A DNA stretch of 32,000 nucleotides from Saccharolobus solfataricus (GCF_900079115.1 NZ_LT549890.1:2460001-2492000), one strand, 5' to 3'. Counted from the stretch's first letter, positions 11,757 through 21,257 are shown. Made by a program: numbers and translations. Notes: generated by a model not told the origin, from the sequence alone.

Positions 11757-11961
11757 AATATTTCCTTATAAAAATATTTCATAGTAGCAGTATTTCGCCT
11801 TTTTATCTATGTTAATGTAAAATGTTCAATTATTAGTTTTTATATTAGAACTCTCCTCGTGATTTGAATGTAGAGAAATAATTAAACATTTTATTACCTA
11901 ATATTCCTAGCTAAACATTTTTTACGTGATAAAATAAATAGCTAAGAGTGCAATATAATAT

Positions 11962-12810
11962 GTGTATCCGCCAGATTTTACATATGTTAGGGTTAGTAGC
12001 TCTGAGGAAGCTACAAAATTTCTAGAATCCCACGACGATGCAAGGCCTCTAGCTGGAGGACAAAGTTTAATTCCAATGCTTAAACTTCGTGTAATATCGC
12101 CCAATTATATAGTTGACCTAAATCCTATAACGTCACTAAGTTATGTAAGAAGTTCCTTTAATTCAACTAAAATTGGTGCTCTAACTCGATATAATGAAAT
12201 ACTAAAGAATGATCTAGTAAGGGTAAACGTTCCATTACTTCATCAAGCAGTTAGGGTAGTAGGAGATATGCAAGTTAGAAACTTAGGTACTATTGGTGGT
12301 AGCGCTGCAAACGCTGATCCATCAGCTGATATCCCCACTGTACTTACTGCGTTAAACGCCGAAATTATTCTATCCTCAGCATCCGGCAATAGATCAGTTA
12401 ATGCTCTAGATTTCTTTAAAGGCGCATTCGCCACAGATTTAAGAAAAGGTGAAATTATCTCTGAAATTGTTTTACCTAACTTGGAGGGATATAGAACAAT
12501 TTACAAAAAGGTCGTAAGAAGAGCTGGAGATTTTGCACTTGTATCTCTAGCATTAGCGATAAAATTGAGGCAAAATGAGATAGAGGATATTAGATTAGCT
12601 TATGGTGGAGTTGGGGAGAGACCATTCAGAGCGTTAGAAGTTGAGAAAAGTGTAATGGGTAAAAGGCTAAATGATGAGTTAGTAGAGGAAATTGTAAGTA
12701 AGGTTTCAAGTCAAGTAAATCCCCCTTCCGATACTAGGGGGAGTTCTTGGTATAGGAGGGAGGTTATGAAGGTTATAACTAGAAAAGCCTTAAAGGAGGT
12801 GTCGGGTTAA
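11962..12810 (+). CDS. Mo-hydroxylase medium (FAD-binding) subunit, CoxM/CutB-like
   Basis: 282 aa with a GTG start. LAGGQSLIPMLKLR and NLGTIGGSAANADP are typical of the FAD-binding subunit of the xanthine dehydrogenase/CODH family. Confidence 0.85.
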   Translation: MYPPDFTYVRVSSSEEATKFLESHDDARPLAGGQSLIPMLKLRVISPNYIVDLNPITSLSYVRSSFNSTKIGALTRYNEILKNDLVRVNVPLLHQAVRVVGDMQVRNLGTIGGSAANADPSADIPTVLTALNAEIILSSASGNRSVNALDFFKGAFATDLRKGEIISEIVLPNLEGYRTIYKKVVRRAGDFALVSLALAIKLRQNEIEDIRLAYGGVGERPFRALEVEKSVMGKRLNDELVEEIVSKVSSQVNPPSDTRGSSWYRREVMKVITRKALKEVSG

Positions 12811-13302
12811 ATGTTAATGGTTAATCAAGGAGAGAAAATTAAAATAAAAGTTAAGGTAAATGGAGTATTGTATGAGAGATATGTAAGTCCAAGGATACTA
12901 TTAGTTGACTTTTTAAGGGAAGAGTTAGGCTTAACGGGAACGAAAATTGGATGTGATACTACAACTTGTGGCGCATGCACAGTTCTATTAAATGGTAAAT
13001 CAGTAAAATCTTGTACATTGTTTGCAGTGCAAGCTGATGGTGCAGAAATAACTACAATTGAGGGTCTCTCAGTAGATTCTAAGCTTCATCCAATTCAAGA
13101 GGCGTTTAAGGAAAATTTCGCCCTTCAGTGTGGTTTCTGTACGCCGGGAATGATAATGCAGGCATATTTCTTGCTGAAAGAAAATCCAAATCCTTCTGAA
13201 GAGGAGGTTAGAGATGGACTTCACGGTAACATTTGTAGGTGTACTGGATATCAAAATATTGTTAAGGCAGTTTTAGATGCTTCAAGGAGGTTGAGAGCAT
13301 GA
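12811..13302 (+). CDS. Mo-hydroxylase small [2Fe-2S] subunit, CoxS/CutC-like
   Basis: 163 aa. [12 protein letters not shown] and CGFCTPG...CRCTGY are the two 2Fe-2S binding motifs. The ATG directly follows the upstream TAA. Confidence 0.9.
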   Translation: MLMVNQGEKIKIKVKVNGVLYERYVSPRILLVDFLREELGLTGTKIGCDTTTCGACTVLLNGKSVKSCTLFAVQADGAEITTIEGLSVDSKLHPIQEAFKENFALQCGFCTPGMIMQAYFLLKENPNPSEEEVRDGLHGNICRCTGYQNIVKAVLDASRRLRA

Positions 13303-15548
13303 GCTACGTTGGCAAGCCAGTAAAAAGAATTTATGACGATAAATTCGTAACAGGTAGAAGCACTTATGTTGACGATATAAGGATACCAGCTCTATATGCC
13401 GGTTTTGTTAGAAGTACTTATCCCCATGCAATTATTAAGAGAATTGATGTTAGTGATGCGTTAAAGGTTAATGGTATAGTTGCAGTATTTACTGCAAAGG
13501 AAATTAACCCCTTATTAAAAGGTGGAATTAGACCTTGGCCTACGTATATAGATATACGATCATTTAGGTACAGTGAGAGGAAGGCATTTCCAGAAAATAA
13601 GGTCAAATATGTAGGTGAACCAGTAGCAATTGTGCTTGGCCAAGACAAGTATAGCGTTAGAGACGCCATAGATAAGGTAGTAGTTGAGTATGAACCCTTA
13701 AAACCAGTTATTAGAATGGAAGAAGCAGAAAAAGATCAAGTAATAATCCATGAGGAGTTAAAAACTAACATATCCTATAAGATTCCATTTAAAGCAGGAG
13801 AAGTTGACAAGGCATTCAGTGAATCTGATAAGGTAGTTAGAGTTGAGGCCATAAATGAAAGATTAATTCCAAATCCCATGGAACCTAGAGGAATTGTATC
13901 TAGGTTTGAAGCAGGAACACTATCAATATGGTACTCTACTCAAGTTCCTCATTATATGCGTTCAGAATTTGCCAGGATACTTGGTATACCCGAAAGTAAG
14001 ATAAAAGTCAGTATGCCGGATGTGGGAGGTGCCTTTGGGGCTAAAGTTCATTTAATGCCAGAAGAGTTAGCAGTAGTAGCATCGTCAATCATTTTAGGGA
14101 GGCCAGTAAGATGGACAGCTACTAGAAGTGAGGAGATGTTAGCCAGTGAAGCGAGGCATAACGTTTTCACTGGTGAGGTAGCAGTTAAAAGAGATGGTAC
14201 TATTCTAGGTATAAAGGGTAAACTATTGCTAGATCTAGGAGCCTATATAACAGTAACTGCCGGTATCCAACCATTAATAATACCAATGATGATACCCGGC
14301 CCCTACAAAATACGTAATCTGGATATCGAAAGCGTTGCAGTCTACACTAATACCCCACCAATTACTATGTACAGAGGAGCCAGTAGACCAGAGGCAACAT
14401 ATATAATTGAAAGGATAATGAGTACAGTGGCTGACGAGTTAGGGTTAGATGATGTAAGTATTAGGGAAAAGAATCTAGTCACTGAATTACCATATACAAA
14501 TCCGTTTGGTTTAAGGTATGATAGTGGAGACTATGTTGGATTATTAAGAGAAGGCGTGAAGAGGTTAGGTTATTACGAACTTAAGAAGTGGGCTGAAGAG
14601 GAGAGAAAGAAGGGGCATAGGGTTGGAGTAGGGTTAGCGTATTATCTGGAAATATGTAGTTTTGGTCCATGGGAATACGCTGAAGTTAGAGTGGATGAGA
14701 GGGGTGATGTATTAGTCGTTACTGGTACAACACCTCATGGACAAGGTACAGAAACTGCAATAGCTCAAATAGTTGCAGACGCCTTACAAATAGATATAAG
14801 TAGAGTTAGGGTAATATGGGGAGATACTGATACTGTTGCAGCCAGTATGGGAACTTATGGTTCAAGATCTGTAACAATAGGTGGCTCTGCAGCAATTAAA
14901 GTTGCAGAAAAAATCTTAGATAAGATGAAGAGAATTGCAGCATCTACTTGGAATGTCGATGTTCAAGAAGTTCAATATGAGAAAGGAGAGTTTAAGTTAA
15001 AGAATGATCCAAGTAAGAAGATGAGTTGGGACGACGTTGCTAGCATAGCGTATAGAAGTCATGATCCTGGGCTAGTAGAGAAGATAATCTACGAGAACGA
15101 TGTGACTTTCCCCTATGGAGTCCATATAGCGACAGTGGAGGTAGATGATACTGGAGTTGCTAGAGTTTTAGAATATAGGGCATACGATGATATTGGGAAG
15201 GTTGTAAATCCAGCATTAGCAGAAGCGCAGATTCATGGTGGAGGTGTCCAGGCTGTTGGACAAGCACTATATGAGCAAGCTTTACTCAATGAGAATGGAC
15301 AGTTAATCGTAACTTATGCAGATTATTATGTCCCAACTGCTGTTGAGGCGCCTAAGTTTACGTCAGTCTTTGCTGATCAATATCATCCATCTAACTATCC
15401 AACTGGTAGTAAGGGTGTTGGAGAGGCAGCATTAATCGTAGGTCCTGCAGTGATAATTAGAGCATTGGAGGACGCTATTGGCACTAGATTCACTAAAACT
15501 CCAACTACTCCAGAGGAAATTTTAAGGGCTATCGCTAGTAAAAGATGA
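13299..15548 (+). CDS. Mo-hydroxylase large molybdopterin subunit (aldehyde oxidoreductase-type, CoxL/CutA-like)
   Basis: 749 aa. [10 protein letters not shown] (GGxFGxK), loop MYRGASRPE, and catalytic-Glu context [13 protein letters not shown] overlap with the small subunit. Confidence 0.9.
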   Translation: MSYVGKPVKRIYDDKFVTGRSTYVDDIRIPALYAGFVRSTYPHAIIKRIDVSDALKVNGIVAVFTAKEINPLLKGGIRPWPTYIDIRSFRYSERKAFPENKVKYVGEPVAIVLGQDKYSVRDAIDKVVVEYEPLKPVIRMEEAEKDQVIIHEELKTNISYKIPFKAGEVDKAFSESDKVVRVEAINERLIPNPMEPRGIVSRFEAGTLSIWYSTQVPHYMRSEFARILGIPESKIKVSMPDVGGAFGAKVHLMPEELAVVASSIILGRPVRWTATRSEEMLASEARHNVFTGEVAVKRDGTILGIKGKLLLDLGAYITVTAGIQPLIIPMMIPGPYKIRNLDIESVAVYTNTPPITMYRGASRPEATYIIERIMSTVADELGLDDVSIREKNLVTELPYTNPFGLRYDSGDYVGLLREGVKRLGYYELKKWAEEERKKGHRVGVGLAYYLEICSFGPWEYAEVRVDERGDVLVVTGTTPHGQGTETAIAQIVADALQIDISRVRVIWGDTDTVAASMGTYGSRSVTIGGSAAIKVAEKILDKMKRIAASTWNVDVQEVQYEKGEFKLKNDPSKKMSWDDVASIAYRSHDPGLVEKIIYENDVTFPYGVHIATVEVDDTGVARVLEYRAYDDIGKVVNPALAEAQIHGGGVQAVGQALYEQALLNENGQLIVTYADYYVPTAVEAPKFTSVFADQYHPSNYPTGSKGVGEAALIVGPAVIIRALEDAIGTRFTKTPTTPEEILRAIASKR

Positions 15549-15670
15549 TAGCATTTTTCTTAACTACTTTTTATAAATATAATTTATAAATAACTTTTAG
15601 ATTTAGTGCAAAAAGTTATTATTTTGAAGGTAAAGTTTATTTATGGAAAATATCATATTTATATAATGAG

Positions 15671-15991
15671 ATGATAGAAATGTTAGATAAAGTACCGGGT
15701 ATAATTGCCGTATTTAGATTTCGTGAGGGTAAACTTGCAAAAATATACGGTCAAGATATCTCAATGGACCTAGATAAATTAAGTAACATTTTAGTAGAGA
15801 ATATGAGAATTGGCGAAACTGAAGCTAAAGAGTTAAAGTTTCTTGAGCCGTTCAGAGGATTTGCTATGATATTAGATGATACGGGAGTTGTATTCGTAGA
15901 TGACTATTTAGTAATAACTGATGCTAAGAAAACCAATTGGGACTTATTGGTTAAGTCTATTTTAAAAGGAGAGGTGATAAGAAGTGGGTAG
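15671..15991 (+). CDS. Roadblock/LC7-like (possibly DUF2173-type) small soluble protein
   Basis: 106 aa. The LDKVPGIIAVFRFREGKL... pattern is like Roadblock/MglB-type domains. Clear paralogy to the N-terminal half of the next ORF. The family name is recalled from memory only. Confidence 0.4.
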   Translation: MIEMLDKVPGIIAVFRFREGKLAKIYGQDISMDLDKLSNILVENMRIGETEAKELKFLEPFRGFAMILDDTGVVFVDDYLVITDAKKTNWDLLVKSILKGEVIRSG

Positions 15992-16460
15992 TGTAAAGAA
16001 GTTGAAAGGATATGAGGGGCATGTGAAAATTGACGAGAATGGTGAAATTGAAGAAAGTTCAAATATAGAAAATCTCTCTAAACTAGTTGAATTAATAAAA
16101 TTTAATTTAAAAAAGGGTAATGAAGAGGCGAAACAACTAGGTTTTAACAAGCTGAATGGTTTTGCAATGTTTGGTAGCAATAAGTCCTTAACCTTTATGA
16201 AAGGTTTAGCTATAGTTGTAGATAATGATAAAGCTGATTGGCAAGACTTATTCACATATTATACCTATAATAAGACATTTATAATAACTGGAGGGGTATT
16301 GGTTTTACTTTCAATACTATTATTCTATTATGGGCTGCTTACTCCTATGTTTAACTTTATGGCTCCAGAGCCTCGCATTTATATACCAACAATCCTATTA
16401 TTAATAGGAGTAATATTTCTGATACTTTCCAAGTCTACCTTCTCTTACAGATTAGAATGA
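15984..16460 (+). CDS. Membrane-anchored paralogue of 15671-15991 (Roadblock-like domain plus 2 TM helices)
   Basis: 158 aa. GTG start with GAGGTGA 6 nt upstream and an 8-nt overlap with the upstream stop. NEEAKQLGFNKLNGFAMF...VVDNDKADWQDLF parallels ETEAKELKFLEPFRGFAMI...ITDAKKTNWDLLV. The C-terminus has two hydrophobic helices. Confidence 0.45.
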   Translation: MGSVKKLKGYEGHVKIDENGEIEESSNIENLSKLVELIKFNLKKGNEEAKQLGFNKLNGFAMFGSNKSLTFMKGLAIVVDNDKADWQDLFTYYTYNKTFIITGGVLVLLSILLFYYGLLTPMFNFMAPEPRIYIPTILLLIGVIFLILSKSTFSYRLE

Positions 16461-16542
16461 CTCTTTTTTAAAATAAACTTGTAGATAGTAATGATAGAAA
16501 CTTTTAAAAACTAGCAGTAATAAAGTAATATAACGTGAGAGA

Positions 16543-16977
16543 ATGAAAGAGCTAAAAGGAACCAAAACTGCTGAAAACTTGAGGCATGCATTCTGCGGAG
16601 AAGCAATGGCTAACCGAAGGTATCTATATTTCGCTAAAAGAGCTGATGAGGAAGGATACCCTGAAATTGCTGGATTGTTAAGAAGCATAGCAGAAGGTGA
16701 AACTGCCCACGCATTTGGTCACTTAGATTTCATAAGGCAAGGAGGAATTGGCGATCCAGCTACTGATAAACCAATAGGAACATTAGAGCAAATGTTAGAA
16801 TCAGCAGTAGCAGGAGAAACTTACGAATGGACGCAAATGTACCCAGGCTATGCTAAGGTAGCTAGAGAAGAAGGGTTTAATGAAATTGCAGAATGGTTTG
16901 AAACCTTGGCAAGAGCTGAGAAAAGCCATGCTGAGAAATTCACTGGAGTGCTTAACCAACTAAAGGGAGGCAAGTAA
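16543..16977 (+). CDS. Rubrerythrin lacking a rubredoxin domain (sulerythrin-type)
   Basis: 144 aa. Di-iron ExxH motifs EGETAHA and AEKSHAE. There is no CxxC pair anywhere. Strong resemblance to my recollection of Sulfolobus sulerythrin (MK.LKGTKTAENL...RRYLYFAKRADEEGYPEIAGLLRSIAEGETAHAFGHLDF). Confidence 0.9.
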   Translation: MKELKGTKTAENLRHAFCGEAMANRRYLYFAKRADEEGYPEIAGLLRSIAEGETAHAFGHLDFIRQGGIGDPATDKPIGTLEQMLESAVAGETYEWTQMYPGYAKVAREEGFNEIAEWFETLARAEKSHAEKFTGVLNQLKGGK

Positions 16978-18164
16978 TGTATTCTTTAAATCCAAGTAAT
17001 TCTACTTTTTTTGACTCTAATAAATTATTATCAGAATTTATAAGGCAAGCGAGCGTTTGTCACGGTTGCAGATTATGTTTCAACTATTGCGATTCTTTTC
17101 CCCTTATGTTTACTTATACTGATAAGAAAGGCCCCAAAAACTTAACCTTAGATGACTTGTTTAATGTAGCCTCTAAGTGCTTTCACTGTAAGATGTGCTA
17201 CGTCAATTGTCCCTATGTTCCTCCTCACGAATTTAACATGGACTTTCCAAGCCTAATGGAATGGGCGTGGCTATACTATAAGAAAAATCGAGGATTAACT
17301 GTAAGGGATTTTATCTTTGAAATGCTAGATGGTGTGAAGTTTGCAAGGCCCTTAGCTAAAGTAATTATGGAAAAGAACAAGGAGTTATTAGGTATTCACA
17401 AAGAAGCCCCCACGTTACCAGTAGCGGAGAAAGGTTTAAGGGAAAGAGTTAAGCCCAAACGTATCGATAGTCCCAAAGCAAGGGTTGCACTATTTCCCAC
17501 TTGTTTAATTGAGAATTTCTTCCCAGAAATTGGCGAGGATTTAGTAGAAATATACAACGAATTAGGGATAGAAGTAATTATTCCTAATTTCGTTTGTTGT
17601 GGAGCTCCAATGTTGGATTCTGGTGACGTTGATAGGCTTAAGAAGAATGCTGAGTATAATATCAAAATAATTGAGGATTTAATAAAGGAAGGTTATGATG
17701 TAGTTTCGCCTATACCTACTTGTACGTTAATGATTAAGGAGTACAAGAAGGTTCTTGATAGAGAAGTACCTAAGGTTTATGATGCAATGGAGTATCTTTT
17801 AAAATTAAAGAATGAGGGCAAGATAGAGCTAAAGGGTAAGATTGAGAAGAGTGTGTATTATCATCCTCCATGCCACCTTAAGTTCTTACAATTAGGATTA
17901 CCTGGGGTTAGATTATTAAGGTCAATGGGAGCGAAAGTCGATATTTCCAATAATGGTTGTTCCGGTATAGATGGGGGTTGGGGATTAAGAAATTATGACA
18001 CTGCTAAAAGAGTAGGAAGTAAAATGATGGAAGCTTTTAAACAGAGTAAAGCTGATCTTTTTTCAACTGAATGCCCTCTGGCTGGGCTTCAGATAGAAAA
18101 ATCTTCTGGTAGAAGGCCATTACATCCAATTCAATTGTTAAAGGAGGCGATGAAAAATGGTTAA
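16977..18164 (+). CDS. HdrD/GlpC-like Fe-S oxidoreductase (2x[4Fe-4S] ferredoxin domain plus two CCG-type domains)
   Basis: 395 aa. CHGCRLCFNYCDSFP and CFHCKMCYVNCPY (CxxCxxCxxxC x2). CCG domain FPTC...NFVCCGAPM and a second degenerate one, HPPCH...NGCSGIDGG. TAATG overlap with the rubrerythrin stop. Confidence 0.8.
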   Translation: MYSLNPSNSTFFDSNKLLSEFIRQASVCHGCRLCFNYCDSFPLMFTYTDKKGPKNLTLDDLFNVASKCFHCKMCYVNCPYVPPHEFNMDFPSLMEWAWLYYKKNRGLTVRDFIFEMLDGVKFARPLAKVIMEKNKELLGIHKEAPTLPVAEKGLRERVKPKRIDSPKARVALFPTCLIENFFPEIGEDLVEIYNELGIEVIIPNFVCCGAPMLDSGDVDRLKKNAEYNIKIIEDLIKEGYDVVSPIPTCTLMIKEYKKVLDREVPKVYDAMEYLLKLKNEGKIELKGKIEKSVYYHPPCHLKFLQLGLPGVRLLRSMGAKVDISNNGCSGIDGGWGLRNYDTAKRVGSKMMEAFKQSKADLFSTECPLAGLQIEKSSGRRPLHPIQLLKEAMKNG

Positions 18165-18723
18165 AATAACCCTACAAGATATCTTACCTTGGAGAACATA
18201 TGAAAAAGTTCGAATGGATAGAATAAGGAGGATTATTGAGGTAAAGAATAAGAGAAGAATAGAGCTAGGTGATAGATTAACATTATTGTTTGAAAATAGG
18301 GATACTGTTCTTCAGCAAATTCAAGAGATGGTTTACCTCGATAAAAAAGAGAAAAACGAAGACATACTAGAAGAAATAAAGATATACTCAACATTGCTTC
18401 CATGTGACGGTAAGATAAAAGCCTCTCTATATATACATTCCTATGACTTTAAGGATCTGGATTGGGTCTATGATAATTTGAAAGGCATATATAACTCAGT
18501 ATTCTTAAGAGTAGGAAACAAACTAATTCAAGGAATTCCAGAGGGAGGAAGAGATCAAGGAAGAGAGTTCTCTACGGTCCAGTATTTGACATTTGATCTT
18601 GAGGGAGAGAAAAGTACCGATATGGAAGTTCATGTAATTCACGAGAAGTATAGATATTCAACTAAGATTGACAAAAGCTTAGCGGAGGATTTAATTAGAG
18701 AAGCGTATGATATTTGTGAATGA
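18157..18723 (+). CDS. Conserved hypothetical protein (DUF3501-like, by recollection)
   Basis: 188 aa. 8-nt overlap with the upstream Fe-S oxidoreductase, with AGGAGG upstream. I recall a family of this size commonly following rubrerythrin/HdrD-like genes. No catalytic motif recognised. Confidence 0.5.
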   Translation: MVKITLQDILPWRTYEKVRMDRIRRIIEVKNKRRIELGDRLTLLFENRDTVLQQIQEMVYLDKKEKNEDILEEIKIYSTLLPCDGKIKASLYIHSYDFKDLDWVYDNLKGIYNSVFLRVGNKLIQGIPEGGRDQGREFSTVQYLTFDLEGEKSTDMEVHVIHEKYRYSTKIDKSLAEDLIREAYDICE

Positions 18724-18869
18724 TTTTTAAAACTTTTTATTGCAAAAATATTGTTATCATTAAGTTAAATAGTGTATTACGTTATAATGTTTGTATAGAC
18801 TATACCAAGTGCAAAATGCATATAAACTTTAAAAACTCCAAGGCAGAGCTTAATATTAAAGTGGTAATT

Positions 18870-19292
18870 ATGTTAGCTAATTCTGCCGATATTGATAACC
18901 TTGAAGATTTTATAATGACCGTAGCGAGAAGTAGAGATATCTTTAATCTTAAGAGCTATAGTTTAAAGATAATTTCTGATTATTCGAAATTCTTTAACAT
19001 AATATTGCCTAAAGATGTAAGTGATATTTTAATCGTGTTGCCAATTAGTAGAGACGATTTAGGTAATACCATTAAAAATGAATTAACTAAGATAAGGACT
19101 AGTTGTTCAATATTAGTATTATATAGTTCTAAATTACAGAAAGATAGAATGGCTGTAGGATTTCGTGCTATTGTTAATAAGACGATTAGTGGTGAAGCCA
19201 ATATGAATAAAAATAAAGTAATTAGTAAGCGCCTAGAGCCTCTAGGGTTAAAAACTCATCTAAATCTATACTCTCTCGGTATAACATTTTAA
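18870..19292 (+). CDS. Hypothetical protein (ORFan-like)
   Basis: The track ORF starts at 18720, but its first ~50 codons are low-complexity AT-rich sequence. The internal ATG at 18870 (MLANSADIDNLEDF...) begins a more protein-like sequence. No family recognised. Confidence 0.3.
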   Translation: MLANSADIDNLEDFIMTVARSRDIFNLKSYSLKIISDYSKFFNIILPKDVSDILIVLPISRDDLGNTIKNELTKIRTSCSILVLYSSKLQKDRMAVGFRAIVNKTISGEANMNKNKVISKRLEPLGLKTHLNLYSLGITF

Positions 19293-19359
19293 CTCACGAG
19301 TAATCTTTCTTCTCAGAGCTTTTAAGGTATTGCAATACTGGTCAATAGTCATTTGTCTA

Positions 19360-20175
19360 TTAGTATTCTCCTAGAGTACCTTTTTCTCTAGCTTTTTTGA
19401 ATGCGTGATTATACGAAAATACACCTAGTGGTAATAGAACTATGTCAAATATAGTTAATATTATAATAAACGGAGCAATATCGGTTATTGGGGCCCCATT
19501 TAGAAAAGCCTCTCTTAACCCCTCTAGTGCCCACGTTAACGGGATTCCATAACTTATATATCTAACGTATAGTGGGAGTACTGTAACGGGAAATACGGTC
19601 CCTCCAAGTAGGTTTGTAAAGGTGTTGAAGAAGAATGAAATTGGATTTCCTTGTTTTGTTACCATTGTAACAGCACCAGCTATCATACCTATACCTAAAG
19701 TCGATAATATCAACAATACGATAATGACTATTGCACTGACTATATTGACATTGTAGTGTATATTTAATGCAAATCCTACGGCTAAAATTATAATCGCATT
19801 TATTGTATTTAGGGTAAGACCCCAAAGTGCAGAATATAGCAAAAATCCAAACGTTCCAGTCCTTGAGATAACATAATACTCTATGGTTCCGTAAAGTTGT
19901 TCATTACGTAATCTTTGACTTATGGTTGAAATTACTGAAGATACATACCCTTGAAAAGCTAATCCTATGGTGAAAAACGCTGTATAATTACTTACTCCAA
20001 CTTCGTTCACTAATCTATTTCCTAATGCAGTCCCAGTGAAATAATATGTGAAAACTGGAAGAACCCAACCTAATACTGTTAGTACTGTTTGGGTTCTGTA
20101 TGATACCCATACCTTAAATCCCCTTAAATATAAGAAAGAGTAAAGTTTTCCGCTTATCCCCATCTTCCTCCCCAT
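19360..20175 (-). CDS. ABC-2 type transporter permease
   Basis: 271 aa with about 6 predicted TM helices. Downstream of and overlapping the ABC ATPase gene. An alternative start at ATG 20163 (MGISGKL) follows GGAGGAAG. Confidence 0.75.
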   Translation of the reverse strand: MGRKMGISGKLYSFLYLRGFKVWVSYRTQTVLTVLGWVLPVFTYYFTGTALGNRLVNEVGVSNYTAFFTIGLAFQGYVSSVISTISQRLRNEQLYGTIEYYVISRTGTFGFLLYSALWGLTLNTINAIIILAVGFALNIHYNVNIVSAIVIIVLLILSTLGIGMIAGAVTMVTKQGNPISFFFNTFTNLLGGTVFPVTVLPLYVRYISYGIPLTWALEGLREAFLNGAPITDIAPFIIILTIFDIVLLPLGVFSYNHAFKKAREKGTLGEY

Positions 20176-21083
20176 CCTCCTCTCCTTACAGCTTCCAACC
20201 TTGCAGAATCCTCTACATCTCCTATTAAATATATATATACGTCTTCCAATGACGGCTCTTCTTCCTTAATTACTCTATAATCCTTTAGTTCATCAAGTTC
20301 CTTTTCTGGTATTCTCAAAATATAGTAGTTCGTGGAAGTCTGCACTACATATTTACCTAATGTTAATGGGTATTCATTGACCTCTACTTCTATAACTTTG
20401 CCCAAATAATTCTTTAAATTATCTTTGTTTCCCTCGGCTATTGCTTTACCCTTCTTTAATAGTATTATCTTCTCTGCCAACTCCTCAATATCTTTCATAT
20501 AATGGGAGGTAAGGAGAATAGTTTTGTCTCTGCCAATTCTTCTAACTAAATCTCTAAACATTCTAGCTGATAGTGGATCTAAACCTAAGGTAGGTTCATC
20601 TAATAGCAGAACTGGTGGATCTGTTATTAACGCCCTAGCTAATGCCAATTTTCTCTGCATCCCAGTACTAAACTTCATGTAGGGTATGTTCCCCCACTCA
20701 GACAACCCCACAATTTCTAATACTTCCTTTGCTCTTTTCCTAGCATCAGATAGGGATAAGTTTTGCAAGCTGGCGAAGAATATTAAGTTTTCTAGGGCAG
20801 TTAGTCTATAATAAAATAACCTTTCACTTACGGTGACTAAACCTATTGATTCTCTAACCTTCTTTTCCTCTTTAGTTATGCTATAACCATTAACTAACGC
20901 ATCACCAGAACTAGGTATAATGAGAGTCGAAAGCATTTTAATTATTGTAGTTTTTCCTGCTCCATTTGGCCCTACTAAAGCTCCAGTAGAATTTCTCTCT
21001 ATTTCAAAGGACACGTCATCTACAGCCTTTATTTCCTTATTCTTTATTTTAAAAGTCTTCGAGATGTCAATTGTTTTGATCAT
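20154..21083 (-). CDS. ABC transporter ATP-binding protein
   Basis: 309 aa. Walker [10 protein letters not shown], signature [12 protein letters not shown], Walker B LLLDEPT. Confidence 0.9.
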   Translation of the reverse strand: MIKTIDISKTFKIKNKEIKAVDDVSFEIERNSTGALVGPNGAGKTTIIKMLSTLIIPSSGDALVNGYSITKEEKKVRESIGLVTVSERLFYYRLTALENLIFFASLQNLSLSDARKRAKEVLEIVGLSEWGNIPYMKFSTGMQRKLALARALITDPPVLLLDEPTLGLDPLSARMFRDLVRRIGRDKTILLTSHYMKDIEELAEKIILLKKGKAIAEGNKDNLKNYLGKVIEVEVNEYPLTLGKYVVQTSTNYYILRIPEKELDELKDYRVIKEEEPSLEDVYIYLIGDVEDSARLEAVRRGGWGGRWG

Positions 21084-21161
21084 TAGTTAAACTATTGACA
21101 ATAATACTAAAAACTTTTTGGAGAAAGCTTAAGGATTTTTCTCTCTTAGCTAACTCTCTTT

Positions 21162-21178
21162 AATACTAAATTAGTATT
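21162..21178. promoter_or_regulatory. 17-bp palindrome AATACTAA-A-TTAGTATT in a divergent promoter region (candidate operator)
   Basis: Perfect 8-bp arms around a central base, read directly. The half-site AATACTAAA recurs at 21103-21111. It lies between the ABC operon start (21083) and the HTH/C2H2 gene start (21258). Confidence 0.3.
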
Positions 21179-21257
21179 GTTGATAAGATTAATAGGGTAT
21201 AAATATTAGATACTTATAATAGAAAGGTTTAAAAACTATTAGGAGAATATATCATGT

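Noticed and set aside
11433-13669. Minus-strand ORFs 11433-11720, 11922-12104, 12243-12434, 13069-13254 and 13418-13669
   Set aside because: All are antisense to motif-supported genes (SelD-like, Mo-hydroxylase subunits) or span a promoter region. No motifs are present.
11962-15548. Annotation as aerobic carbon-monoxide dehydrogenase
   Set aside because: The large subunit lacks the Cys-containing AYxCSFR loop (it has YRGASR). No coxDEFG-type accessory genes are present.
18720-18869. Upstream 50 codons of the track ORF 18720-19292
   Set aside because: This is low-complexity AT-rich translation that starts inside the stop region of the preceding gene. It is more likely intergenic, so the start was moved to ATG 18870.
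15962-19201. Minus-strand ORFs 15962-16255, 16452-16688, 17396-17665 and 18980-19201
   Set aside because: They lie antisense to the Roadblock-like, rubrerythrin, HdrD-like and hypothetical genes. Their Ser/Leu/Phe-rich composition is typical of shadow frames.
19562-19825. 87-aa alternative-frame ORF within the ABC permease gene
   Set aside because: It is on the same strand but out of frame with a convincing multi-TM permease. Its Cys/Arg/Tyr-rich product is implausible.
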